A DNA stretch of 64,000 bases from the NCBI GenBank assembly GCA_016748015.1, contig JAAOMT010000697.1, forward strand, positions 256,868-320,867. Reading direction: 5' to 3'. The DNA is from Geosiphon pyriformis uo1 (lineage: Eukaryota > Fungi > Glomeromycota). The translations under genes were made by a program, and so were the position numbers. The notes beneath the pieces are model-generated. The model did not search any database. It was not told where the DNA came from and saw nothing but the letters and a program-made list of their open reading frames with translations. Shown piece by piece: positions 1-12,997 of the stretch. Numbering within the stretch: position 1 is the stretch's first letter; each line of letters opens with the position of its first letter.

Positions 1-3000
1 TACAAGTCATTCCTTTGCTGGTAGAAATATTAAATTGGATATACCTTTTGGTCTGCAGTAGAAACATCATTATTACTTGTATCAAAAGTAAACAAAGGCG
101 AATCGGCCAAACCCGGTACAAGCCCCTCATTTGTTGCAACACTACCATTTGAGAAATCACCATTATCAATGGGATTATCTAAATCATCCATCGAATTTGA
201 GATGCCATCCTGTAGGCAGAAAATTATGGTTTTTTCCAAACCAGCAAGCATAATGTTGATATTCCAATCTGACCCAGTCGTATGAAAGCCTGTCCTAGTA
301 GAATCTATGATCCCAGTGGCTAAAGACTTTTCGTGGTGCTTTTCCATCTCCTCTTTCCATATTATTAACTGTTCGCACATGCATTGAAGTAAGGGGATTA
401 AAATAGTGTTAAAGGATTGTCTAAAGTATGGAAGTGAGTTTAAAATAAAATCCATCCATTGCTGGATCAAAGGTCTGTTTGAAGGAAGGGATAATGCTTG
501 AATTAGAACTTTTATAAGTGAAGGACAAATCCTAGGCGTTCGCACAGCTCGATGGTTTCCAAATGCTTCCTTTTCATCTTTTCTTGGTATCCTATCAGAT
601 AAAAATTGTTGAGAAGATGGCGCAATTTCCGAAATTGTGGGCTCAATTAATGGCGATCTTTTTGAAATGATACTTGAAGCAGGCGAAGAAGGTCTATGAT
701 GTGTTACGGGATTTGTTTTTGATGAAGATCCAATAATAATGATAGTAGAAAACAAAAGATGCAGAAGTCGTGCTTGCAAATCCAAACGTTTTGTTCGTAT
801 ACTATAGAGCATCTTACGCAACACAACATCATGAATCATAAGAACCAAATCAGCATCCACCAGCTCTGGTCGAGTAAGTAATATATTAAGCAAATCGGTG
901 GCATGAATTTGTATATATTCGTTTAATGTACTCATCGATGACAAAACCTCTGGCATTTCAGTTTCGATGTATCTCAAAGAAACTCTAATAAACAATTCTG
1001 TAAAGGAAATGTTTAAGGAAGAAGGAACCTCTTGGGAAAGCCAGTCACATTCTGCGAAAAATTCATACTTGGCAGTACCACTTCGCAAAGCTTTCAGAAA
1101 GCCCTGCCCACCGACCCTAGAAACTGTGAGCATAGTTTCAAAAACATATTTCACTTGAGCTTGGTTGAAAGGACGTGCATAGTAAAAAATTTCTAATAGC
1201 TCTTTATCGATTTCTATTTCAGAAATTCGGGATGTGATAGAAGGATCACAGATGATAGCGATTAAGGGATCTAGTAGTTTGGTATAACAATCTTGTTGGC
1301 ATCTTATCCATGTTTCACCGGCTCGACGATTTGTTGGATTCTCATCTCGAAGAGTATCTAGAATTAGAAACATTGGCTGAGAAAATTCTATGCTAATATT
1401 GCGATAATCGTCAGAAAGTCTCCAAAATATAGCAAAGCTTTCGTAAGAGGAAAGTCTAGCAATAGTGTCTTTTTGAATTAAATATTCCGCTATTATTGTC
1501 TCGACATACTTGGCTGGAGAGATTTGTTGAAGCATCCAAATAAGTTCAACAGTTCTCAAATGATACATAATGTTCTGAGGATTAAGAAATGACCATAACC
1601 TATCGACAATGATACGAGTTTGCTGCTTTGGCTCCAGTAATGATGGAGAAATAATTCGCTTTTCAACAATCAGATTAACAATAGTCGAAAGAGCCGAGTC
1701 GATTATATGAAAGTTATTGACCATATAGCAGCACTTAACCAACGAGTGGATCCAACCGCCATCAAAGAATTTAACTGTTATAAAACGCCGAACCTCAGTA
1801 GATTCGAATGGGTATGTGTTGAAATAAGTCGATATTTTCTTCAACAAAGTACAGCTTCGATCTAATACGGCAGTTATATGTGGTGACATGACGGAGTCGG
1901 TATATATGTGTTGCTGAATGATAAAACTGCTACTGGCGTTTTGAATAAAGTTCAAAAGAGCCTTGAGCAGCTCTTCCAACAGGGATAGTCCCTTTATGCC
2001 CTCGAACTCTTTACTGGCCAAGTTTTCATTTCCATAGAGGTAAAAATCACTGATATATTTGACGGGATCCATACCAGATGAAAATTTCAGTCTAGCATCA
2101 GACGTTTGATAAAAATTGGTTTGTTCTCCAGATGAAGCTTCCCAATTGAGGACCTCCTTTTGCTCGGATTTCAGTTCTGAATCAGAATTTTCATAATGAT
2201 GAAAAACCAAATAGGGAATTCTTTGCAGTAAATCGATTGCTAAAATCAGCGAGGTCCCTACTTGGGGCAAATATTCAATGAAATCTGAGCTATTTGCAAG
2301 TACCTATGAATGGAAAGCAGGTTATACAACACAGGAATCGGGTAAATATCATTATGATACATAAAATAGCTAGCGAATTACTTAAATAGCATACTTGCAG
2401 TTTGCATAGCAAAGCAATTAAGAACAATGGAATATGCATTCTTTGAATTTGTTCCTCATCCAATTTGAAGAAGTTCAATACAAACCCAACCAAATCTAAC
2501 GCCTAAAAAAATCGCTTCAGTAAGATTGGAAAAAACAAAAGTTAAGACAAAAAGAGTGATTCCCCACCGTTTTTCCTTTCTCATCGTGGCTAGGAAATTG
2601 ATCCTGCATTTGACCGTATAATTTCGACCAAAGGGTGTAAGGATCAATCATCTCCATAAACATATTCGCAGTTGGTAATAGCTACCAGAACAAAAAATGA
2701 GAAATAAATATTGAATAACCATTAAGAATCATACAAGAAATATTACCTCTTTGGAAAATTTGTGGGTTTTCAACGAGAGAAAAATATCAATAAGTATCTC
2801 TTGTACTATAGGTAATCCTATTTCCCATTTATCCATCAAAGATATCAGAATTTTATAGGGTCGTTGAGCAGTGTTGAGATCGCTTGAATTAGAAAAGAAT
2901 AAACTCTTGCGTCCAAATAATAGGTGATTAACGTTGGTACTTATAGAATTCATAAGCAAAAGGCATAAAAGGTGATTCCATTTAGATATATTTTAAATAC

Positions 3001-4563
3001 CCTGAGCGCAGCGACGATGGCTGATTTGGCGTATTCTTGAAAATGATAAATTTGTTGCTTGGAACCTTCTCCAGGGCCCAACAACCATGTATATAGCCAG
3101 CGATTTAATGACATATCTTTTCTCAAAACTACAGCAACTGCAGATTTCATCAACAAAATCAGATCCTCCTCTTTCATCATTCTGGAAAAAAAATTATATA
3201 ATGAGTTACATAAATAGAAAACAAATAAACAAATTAGGATCAAATCTACTCTCAAAACTTACTCCCCCACGTTCTTGTCTTTTAGCGGAAAGTTGGTAAC
3301 AAGTAAAATGAGAAGGTTTCGCCGTACCAAAATATTATTATCCCACAAGGTAGCCGAAAAAGCTCTAACAAGAAGGCTCACGTCATCACCAAGTACAACG
3401 GTCACATCTAATTTGACCAAATAAATGGTGAAAATGATGAATTGTGAGAATTCTTTTAGCGGCCATTACATAATTCACTTATCATTCACCATCTTCGGGA
3501 CGTTTTTTTAGAATCGCAAAAGCAACAAGAGGCATGATTCAAAATAAAAATAAAAATAAAATCAGTAGAACATACCTTCTTTGGAAGTGATTTTTGGCAT
3601 CCGGCGTTTTAAATAGTTCAAGGCAGGAATTCTCAAAGAGGGAGAGGTAATTAAGACAAGCCACATGCTTTGCATAAAAAACGATTGTTCAACTGTTCCA
3701 GATAGAAAATCGAGATGTGATAGTACCTGAAAATTTCAGAAAAAGTTATAGTTAAAATTGTGTTCAATAAGAGAAATTCCAAAATCAATAAAAAATATCT
3801 CGCAACCTTATCGAAAAATTCGCTACCCTCTTCGTCAAGCCCTGGCAATAAAGCAATAATGAAAGCCTTCATGACAGGTCGTAGCTTTCCACGTATTGGA
3901 AAGAAATATTTTTCGTATATCCCTAGCAATTGTGGCTGAATTGAATAAATTAATGTGAGAATTTGGAAGATATTGATTTATACATGTTAAATACGTATAA
4001 TGATAAATAAAAATCACCTTTACAGACATGGCAGCATATTGAAGGACTGGAAATAAGCCCTGTGAATATATTGCCAAATCTTCAACAAGATTATCCACCT
4101 ATTTTGGAAGATTTGATGGCTTCAATCAATAGAAGGGTATCTTCACGCCATAAAATGCATCAAAATTTGTCTTATGAACAGGGAGAATTTAAAATAAATC
4201 GAAAGCCATGACCAGGACTAACCCCTATACTCTGGAATATACACTCATAGACTTCCAAAGCTTTTTGATGAACTCCTGGCGGCAGGGCAGGGTTCAAGGA
4301 CTGTGCGAGGCGTTTGCCCACTAGGAGTTTCCTTGGTATTACATTAAACTGCTTGGCATTTGCTTGAAAAGCCTATAAAAATCAAAAATGGTTATTCGAG
4401 CCGTTTTTTGTCGACTTTTGAATTCACTTACCCTCAATAGCCTTCCCAAAAATGCACTAAAATCTGCCCACTCGTTAACCTCTTTATCAAAATAAAGCAG
4501 AATCTTCTCAACTGAGCTAACATATTTTTTGTAAGCTGGATTTTTTTGTAAATTTTGTTCCAT
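1..4563 (-). CDS. DOP1: Dopey/DOP1 family trafficking protein, multi-exon, 3' part runs off the left edge
   Basis: ATG at 4563. Spliced N-terminus MEQNLQKNPAYKKYVSSVEKILLYFDKEVNEWADFSAFLGRLL|AFQ...KRLAQSLNPALPPGVHQKALEVY matches Dopey_N. Later exons carry GLFPVLQYAAMSVK, ALLPGLDEEGSEFF and LRKDMSLNRWLYTWLLG. One ~2.2-kb exon (ORF 30-2270). GT-AG introns. Confidence 0.95.
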
Positions 4564-4701
4564 AGGGACGAGTGAAGACTTGAAAGCAAGGGAATTTAAA
4601 AATTGAATGTTATAATGAGGCAAGATCTTATTGCTTCACATGATTTTTGATACTATTTGTATGATCTGCTGCCAAAATTTCGGCTTTTTTTACCTCCTGA
4701 A
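4564..4701. promoter_or_regulatory. Very short divergent (bidirectional) promoter between DOP1 and MAK11
   Basis: Head-to-head ATGs at 4563 (-) and 4702 (+) leave 138 bp between them. Confidence 0.6.
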
Positions 4702-6358
4702 ATGATGCCTGCCAACCACAAGTCTCAATTAAAAAAAAGAAAACTTTCAAATAATTCCATCATTTCAAAAAAAGATAAAGCTCAAACAAAAAAGTTCCCT
4801 GTTTCTAAAAAGGCTAAAAGGGAGAAAGCGAATGATGAAGCAGTGAATAATAGTATTGATAATGATAACAGTAAGAAAACAAGAAAACTCGGCACAATTT
4901 GTTCCCCCACTCTGAGACGTGAAAGTTTTCGAATTATTGCTGGAAGCTATGAGCGCATTTTGTATGGTATAGATGCATATTGGATCAAACCGGAAGAGGA
5001 AGGCTTTGAAAATGTAATATAAACCATTAATTTTTTGTCAATTAATTTTTATATTGGCATCTATTTTCTACAAACTCGGTTGAATTTAGGAAAATCAGAA
5101 ATTGAAATTAGAACCCATTTTCATATTTCCTGCTCACAGTGGATGCATCAAAACAGTGGCGGTTGGAGGTCGATATCTTGCATCTGGTAGCTCAGATGAA
5201 TTGATCAAGTGTGTTATAGTCGTATTAGAACCTGCGTTTCTTTCTTGGGATATAATTATTGATTTTTAAAATACATATCTACAGATTATATGATCTCAAA
5301 AAAAGAAAAGAATATGGCTCGCTATGGCACCATCAAGGATCAATCACCTCACTTCAATTTTATAATGAAACCCATATGTTAAGTGGCAGCGAAGATGGAA
5401 CAGTTTGTATTTGGCGAACAAAAGATTGGGAATGTCTAATAACAAAGAAGGGTCACAAAGGACGTGTTAATTCCCTCGCTATTCATCCATCTGGGAAAAT
5501 TGCTTTATCGGTTTCCAAAGACAAGACTGTTGGACTGTGGAACTTGATGACGGGGCGTAAAGCAACTGCTCGTGGAATTGGAAGAGGTGAAATATCTTTC
5601 GATCTTTCAATAAGAAAAATCTTCAATTAAACAGATATCGATTTTTTTAGAAGGGGAAATAATCTCATGGAACACAATTGGTGATCAGTATGCTATTTTA
5701 ATAGCGAATGTGATTGAGATATATAATGTTGCAGTAAGTTTTCTTAATTTTTCATGAATTAAATTCTGGAATTTAAAAATCAATTTACTTGCATTTTTAG
5801 GATGCTAAGATCGTGCATAAATTTCAGCAGCGATCCCGATTTATTTGCATGAAATATTATTCCCACAGTGAGTTGGGAGAACTATTGATCACTGGTGGTG
5901 AAGATAAGATTATTAACATTTACAACACGAAAGATGGAACTTGCATGGTAACAATCTCTGGCCATCAAAATAGGTAGCATATCTTATTCATTTTCTAGGT
6001 CTATTATCTTCATCACTGGTTTTTATTAATAAAGATATTCTCAAAATTTAGAATCAAAGCTATTGATATAATAAACTTCAGCCCGAATGAAAATTCTTGT
6101 ACACAATTACCCCTTTTAGTTTCCGTTTCGTCCGATGGTGTTATTAACGTGTGGAATTTAGAAAAAGCTTTGAAATCTAGAGCTGAATCCAGCAAAGATC
6201 AAGACGATGAAAAGAAAGTTTTAGTTCAATCACCAACGTTTCAAACCCCTCTCGCCTCCTATGCTACCAAGAGTCGATTAACCTGTCTTGTATTGTCTGA
6301 TGTTCATTTCATCAAAAGTATCAATGATGCCCATGATAGTGAAGAGAACGGAGGGTAG
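4702..6358 (+). CDS. MAK11: WD40 60S ribosome biogenesis factor Mak11/PAK1IP1, multi-exon
   Basis: Lys-rich N-terminus, then FRIIAGSYERILYG, LEPIFIFPAHSGCIKTVAVGGRYLASGSSDELIK, LYDLKKRKEYGSLWHHQGSITSLQF and GHKGRVNSLAIHPSGKIALSVSKDKTVGLWNLMTGRKA. Ends ...SRLTCL...TAG at 6358. Confidence 0.93.
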
Positions 6359-6499
6359 GATTGATTTATCGAGAAAATAAGATCAAAGTTCGAGTACAAA
6401 AAACACTTCAATTCACTTCTTAAACTATATGTTTTGAAATCTTAGAATACTCTGAATTAACAATTTGGCATAGATATTCATAATTTCAAGCCATCACTG

Positions 6500-6592
6500 T
6501 TCGATTGGATTTGCAATCATGTAAAAAGCCAAGGTACATTTAGCGAAATATTGTCGCCAAACGCGTCTAATCAAAAATTTTAACATTTGAAG
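6500..6592 (+). promoter_or_regulatory. Candidate cell-cycle promoter elements upstream of shugoshin
   Basis: Reverse CCAAT (ATTGG 6504-6508), E2F-like TTTGGCGA on the - strand (6554-6561), MCB ACGCGT (6561-6566) and CHR-like TTTGAA (6586-6591). Confidence 0.35.
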
Positions 6593-6723
6593 CTTCGAAA
6601 AAAGCTAAGAATCATTACTAAATTCAATCAATTATCAATATCTTGATGATAAAACCTTTTCAGGAACACTAATTGTTAGTTCAGCTGAACCATCTTTTAC
6701 TTTTAACTAAGAGTTTGCCTACC

Positions 6724-8814
6724 ATGGAAACCTTGGAAGCAAGTATGAAACAACGAAAGAATATTTCTGCGGCTTTTCTAATTGAACTTACTAACATTTT
6801 TATACTTTCGTTGTATATTGTTAAACTTCAGTCAAGCGCAAACACATTAAGCAAAATCGCGCTATAATAAAGTATAATTCTTGTATTTAGCCTCAAAGAT
6901 CTAATATCAATTGGGTACTGTCAAATTGACCTCACAATTTTCTCCCAAAAGAAGTAACACTTTATATGCCATTCAACTTCGAAAGGCTGAAGTTGAAATA
7001 TCGCGACTTTCAATTGAGAATATTGAATTGAGAACGACAATTTCTCAGTTAACTGATCAAGTAGAAAAATTACAATGTGATCACGATCAAAGGAATTCCA
7101 CCAGCGATCTCTGTCAACCTTCTTTCAAAGTAATTTCAAATCAAATGAGAAATGTCTCTGAATGTCAATTTTCTTTGACAATTGATGAATTAGCTGGATA
7201 TATTTGAAAATTTTTCTAGGCAAAAAATGATCAAATAGCTGATATAATCCAACAACTTCGTTCGGCAACAGATTCTCTAAATGCATTGGTAGAAGCTGAT
7301 GCTCAAAAGCTTGTAGAAATTGACGATGGTATCAAAATTCTCTTTGAATTCTTCATGGATATCCTTGTTTATATCTTGGCTATGATCCAGAGTCTTTTTA
7401 ACCTAAATAGAGAACATTCTCGATCACAACTTCGCCGAACGATCGAGTGGAAACTCCGGAGTTTATAAATGCATAACTCCGGCAGAATTAGATATATGGG
7501 CCGAGAAAATACCAGATAAGAAGAAGCCATTGAATCTGGTGAACTCTCATAGATCTCATCGAAAATATTTCTTATTCTGTTTCAACGAGAATTCATGTTG
7601 GTCAACACTCGGCGGTATCTAGCTCACGATTTACCGAAAGCAGACAAAGCCCTTATCAGCCATCAAAGATGAGCCGGAAGAACCATTCATTGAAAAGGAG
7701 AATATGTTAAACTCGTATGAAATGATAAAATCCTATTTTTTAATTGATTTGTTGAACTAAGAGAATAATTCAACATTTGTACTAGCGGATACCCAGTCCA
7801 ATATGCAATAAATCCCCAAACTCTTCCGGATGAATCCCTTTCAGTTCGACCGGATACCTTGAATCCAAAAAATTATTCACTTTCCTCCAAACATGAAACC
7901 ATACCTAGCACCATTACTCAATATGAGGATAACCTGTCTCAAGTTCAACCAAATTCTTTCCAACTTGAGCATTTCGTTGATCATCTTGATGGGATAAATA
8001 AATCACTCCTGGCTGAAATTAACTTGTCTTCTGTTTGTGAATTCCCATCTTCTCAGCAATTTCAAGACCCTTCTCATCGACGCCAATCGCTCCCTCAGAT
8101 TGAATCATCTCAGATTGGATATATATCCCAAGAACATAATCCGTTTTTTTCTTCTCAATCTGATCTTAAATCAAAGCACGTTTACACCCCTCAACCGCAA
8201 CTGAAAAATACAAAATTCCAGAATTCTTCTATTAGGAGCACCTCAAATATGAGCGCCAAAAGTACAGGAAAACCCATTGATTTGGTTAAGGATATATCTC
8301 CTGCAGGTAAAAAGATTATTCAACAACGAATTGGATGCGTAGAGGATCAACCTTCAATAATCATCACCTCGAGTTCAAACAAGATTGAAGGTATCATCTA
8401 CGTAGCTTCTCTTATCGACCTACGCCGCATAATAATCCTTATTAGTTGTAGGCGAAGAACAAACTCGAACAAGAAGAAAACCTCAGATAAATTATACCGA
8501 GCCAAGCCTTCGCAGGTGAGATCCAAAAACATCTTTTCAAGCAAAAATCTCAAGATCATAAATAAAAATCTAATATCCCCATTCATCGTAGCAAATTGCG
8601 AAAAGGGGATCCATTCACAAATTCATTTGGAATCGCAGAATTTGATTTTACCAAAAGTGAACAACCCAAAAGAAAAAAATCGACGACTACGATAAAAAAG
8701 CGCACCGCTCTGTCCAATATTACCAACAGTAATATAAACCTTTTCTCAATTGGTTAAATTATTTTTGATCTTTTTGATAAAGCTTTTTGAATCATATTCA
8801 AAGTGACAGGATGA
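6724..8814 (+). CDS. SGO1: Shugoshin (centromeric cohesion protector), multi-exon
   Basis: Spliced N-terminal coiled coil METLEAIKRKHIKQNRAIIKSNTLYAIQLRKAEVEISRLSIENIELR. C-terminal SGO motif TRRKPQINYTEPSLR|SKLRKGDPF (8466-8606). The last small exon and stop at 8812-8814 are inferred. Confidence 0.88.
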
Positions 8815-8939
8815 AGACTTCAGCAGTAGCTAAAAAAAACCCCCCGATCATCTTGGAGTCGCAAGATTTGAAGTGCCCTATTTCAGTTTGATCAGAGGAT
8901 ACAGTTAAACGGAGTCGGATTTCGATTCAATTAAATATT

Positions 8940-9600
8940 TTTCTTAACAAAACTTTACAATGTTGTAGTCAAGTTCTTAAAAATAAGTTTGGCAAATGTT
9001 AAGACTAATAGCTTCTGTTCCTTTTGTTAAGTAGTAAATTAAGCTTTTAAGAAGATTGCATTTTACTTTTGTAATGTTGTAATTTCCAAAAAAATAGTTG
9101 TTGATTTGATTTTTAAAGTATTTGTAAAGTGTTTTCTTTACAATTACAATTCCATCTGGAATTCCAAATTTTGCTTGCAGTAAGTGTAAATTAACTGATA
9201 GTATTTTAGAGTTGTTGTATTAAAAGTGGTTACCACTTTGTATAACTTTTTGCTGTGTTAAATTTCTGGAAAAACACCAAATGTTACCAGAGATTTTGGT
9301 TGCTAATTTTGTTGTTAATAAAAACTATTAAATCTCTAATAAGTTATTTATCTCCAAAATATCTTTCTATATTTTGGATTAATGTAATATTGGACTTATG
9401 ATAAATGGTTAATTCTATATCAATAATTTTTAATGTAATTACTTTACAGTAAAAATCAATTCTTTTACAAAAAATTATTATAAAAATATTTTTTTTAAGC
9501 CAAAAATAACTAATTTGATTTATTAAAATTAATAATTAATTAATGAACAAATTTTGGTTTTTCAAATAAAAATTTTTTTTTTGATTTGTAATAATTAATT
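8940..9600 (-). mobile_element. Decayed 5' end of an LTR-B-family element (gag start, PBS, 5' LTR)
   Basis: 9130-9300 aligns by eye to 18860-19026. Decayed PBS ...AACACCA-AA precedes TGTTACCAG at 9282. 9330-9470 resembles LTR-B at 19090-19230. Confidence 0.75.
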
Positions 9601-11100
9601 ATAAAATTAATAATTTTAAAATAAAATATTTTTTTTAAAAAAAAGCTTTTTTTATATATTTAATTATAATATTATTTTAAGTTTTAACACTTTTTTTTCA
9701 TTAATATTTATATAATCTTTTAAAAATTACATGTATATTTTAAATATAATTGTAAAAAACTTTTTTTTTGTATTTTTATAATAATAATTAAAGCAAAAAA
9801 TAAAAAAATTGCAATTTTTTATTTTTTAAACTATTTATAATTATTAAAACTGCTTAATAATGTTTTATAAAAGTGTTTTCTTAAATAAATTAATAATAAA
9901 TTAGCTTTTTGTTAATTCTAAAGCATTATTTTTATCTTAAATTAAAAGTTTTTTTTAAAATTATTTTAATATAGTTTTTGTTTTGGTCAAAAATTTTAAA
10001 AAAGCTAATAATTAAATTATTATTTATTATTATTATTATTTTTATTATTTTTATTGTTTAAATAGTTAAAAAAACCAGATTAATTTTTTTAAAATATTAA
10101 AAATTTTTTTTTAAAGTCTTGTTTTTATGTTTAAAGTTAGTTTTTTTGGCTTTTTTGGTAATTTTGCATTATTTACACTAATTATAATACTTAATTTTAT
10201 TATAATAATAAATAAAAATTTATTTTAAATAATAATAACAAAAACATATTAATTATTCTTAGTTTAAATTAATTTTTATATTATTTAATATATTGATTTT
10301 TAACCAATTTTTTCCAATTTTAAAAGCAAAACAAATTAAATATTTGTATGTGTTTTTATCTATTTAATTTATTAAATTATTTTAATTTTAAAGATTAAGT
10401 TAATTAAAAGTATTTTTTGTTTTTTGATAATATTGTTTTTAATAATATTTAAAAAACTAATATTAATTATTAAAAATTTTTTAAATAAGTAATTATTACT
10501 TTAGTGTTTAATGTTTTTTAAAATCAAATTAGGTTATATTAAAACTGCTTTCTAATTTATACATAATTTTGTTAATATAAAATTAATATTTAAAAACAAT
10601 ATAAAGCTTTTTTGTATAAAATTTGTATTTAAATTTTTTTAAATATTGTTTTTTGTTTAAGTTTATTAATTTTATTTATTTTTTCACTTTAAAATTGTTA
10701 AATTTTTAGTAATTTCTGAATTTGCATTTTTTTATCATTATTGTTTTACAAAATATATATTAAAAATATTTTAGTATTTTTAATAAAATTTTTTAAGTTA
10801 AAATTTGCTAATATTTAATAATATATTATTGTTAAGTTATTTTATATATTTATAACTGTTTTTACTTATTAATTAATTTTAATTATAAAAAATAATATCA
10901 AAATTTTTTTTTATTAATTAAAAAAAATTATTGTTTTTTATGATATATTAAAACCAAATTGGTTAATTTTTTTTAATTATAGATTATAATTATATTTATT
11001 TATTTTTTTTATTTTATTAATAGCTAAAATATTTAATTATTATTTTTAATGTTTAAAAAAAACTTAGGTTTTTTAAGTTTATAATTAAATTTGTTTTATT
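9600..11100. repeat. Extremely AT-rich, unidentifiable transposon relic
   Basis: About 90% AT, no CpG seen, no ORFs. Similar tracts at 43.0-44.0, 50.7-51.3 and 62.7-63.6 kb. Confidence 0.6.
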
Positions 11101-11166
11101 TTTTATTTTTCTAATTTTTTTAATAATAATAATATATAACAATATACTCTTTATCTCTTTAATTTT

Positions 11167-12997
11167 ATGATCATGATCAGAACAAAGAGTAAAAAAGCTG
11201 TACTTGATATCTTTCCTGAGATATTTAATAAAATTTCAATCAGAAAAGCTCTCTTTGTTGTAGAAACAACTAGGCAGAACATTTTAAAAATCTTTTTTTT
11301 ACTTAGTAATTATAAAAAGCTGTCTTTAATAGTTATTGAAACAACTTCCTTATTTTTGGCTAATTTTTCACCAGTCAAAGTTCTTTCAAAGAAACACACT
11401 TGGGTTAGTCTCAGTATTGTCTTTATTCCAACTAAGAGCCCAAAAGTTTTTAATAATAAATTAACATCTGGTGCTGCTAGCACTATCTCTTCAAAAAAAA
11501 TGATCAAGAAGACCAAAAGTTCAGAAAAGTGGAGGCAGTTGCTTGTTTTTGCTATTGTTACACCAAACTCTTTTGTGATTCCCAATGAGATCTTAGATGG
11601 GATCTTCATAGTATCATCTAGCATATTATTCAAGATAGGCCAAAATCAACCATTGGCTATATTGCCTAATATGGTGTTTTTTAGCAGATCATCACCAGTT
11701 TTAAAAGCAAAACAATTATTTCCTGTGGTGTCACCTGTTTTTGAGAACTGGACTGACCAAATAGAAACTGAATTATCTTCTCCTCTGGTTTCTGGTGCTG
11801 TTATTAGTGGTGCTTAGGAAATTATTACTAGTTGTTAAAGATTTGTTGGGTAAGTAGTCTCTACTCTGGTGCCTAATACTACTTTTAAGATTAAATTAGC
11901 TTATGTTAAGGCTGTTTTTTAGTCAGTACATGGTTTTTTGAATGCAAAGTCAGTATTAAAAAACAATGTAAAGCTGTTTTGTGTAGAGTTTGCTTCTCAA
12001 ATGTTTTTGGAAGCAGTATTTTTGGTTGAACTTACAAGCTCTGTACATTTGACTATCTTCAAAATTGCCAAGTTTTTGGTGGTTTTTGAGTCTGGTTCCC
12101 CTTCTGCTGCTGTTGTGCTGTATGATGTGCCTTTAGATATATCTGCTACTAATATTAAGACAGCTCTCAGTGTATTTGGTAGTGTTCCTTATGTTGTGCT
12201 AAAGCCTACTGGCATTTGGCAATATGTAGTAATTTATTTTAAAAAATTGAACTTTACTGTATTTGCTTTAAATTATTAGTCAGTCTTGGTAGGCAAAAAT
12301 AGTGTTAGAATTCTCCCCCTGATAAATCAAAATAAGACTATTTTGTCTTATAATAGGTTTAAGGCCAAGTTGGTTAACCTTCCTTCTGAATGCACAGCTT
12401 TTAAAATTAGTAATATGATTTCTCAAGTTGGTGGTTAGACATGTTTTATCTCTTGTATTCTTAAATCCAGTTATTATTTTTGGTTTGTTTTGGTTACATT
12501 TGGTTCCCAAGCTAATTTGAATTCTGCTATTGTTAAAACTGGTACACTGAGAAAATATCATATTTGGTAGAAAACTTCTGGTTGTTGGTATTGTTTCAAG
12601 TGTCAAAAGCTAAACCATCTGGTTGTAAACTATAAGGTTTTTTCATTTCTTCCTTCCAAGTTTTCCAAGATGTTTATATCATGCTTTGTTGGTCCTAAGT
12701 TTTATGCCAAGACTTTTGCTTCCTTGAGCTCCTCTGAATTTTCACCTCTGTTATTTCTTGTCTTTTTTTTAGTTGTTATTGGTGATTTTTTAGTGCTGTC
12801 TTGATTGTCTTCTTTGGAATCTGATTTAATTAAGCTTTTTGCTTTGGTTGAGTTTATTGTTAAGTCTATTGGCTCTATGATTATAACTTTTAAACAGTTT
12901 ATTAATGGTAATTTGGTTTCAAGTAGTGCTTTTAATCTTAGAATCAATAAAGTTTTGGTGCATATAGGTTTCTTTAGTAGAACTGTTAATAAGCTGG
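11167..12997 (+). mobile_element. ORF1-only non-LTR element (half-LINE), 5' part
   Basis: Interrupted ORF with RRM-like blocks (VVLYDVPLDISATNIKTALSVFG...GIWQYVVIYF...SVLVGKNSVRI...KAKLVNLPSECTAF) and a decayed CCHC knuckle (CFKCQKLNHLVVNY). Homologous to LINE ORF1 at 37.1-37.6 kb. Split by LTR element A. Confidence 0.8.

Noticed and set aside
7859-8695. 278-aa ORF as a standalone gene
   Set aside because: It is a shugoshin exon read through introns into the wrong frame.
9600-11100. Organellar or endosymbiont insertion suggested by extreme AT content
   Set aside because: No genes or RNAs are recognisable, and it grades into identifiable decayed transposons with the same residual GpC pattern.
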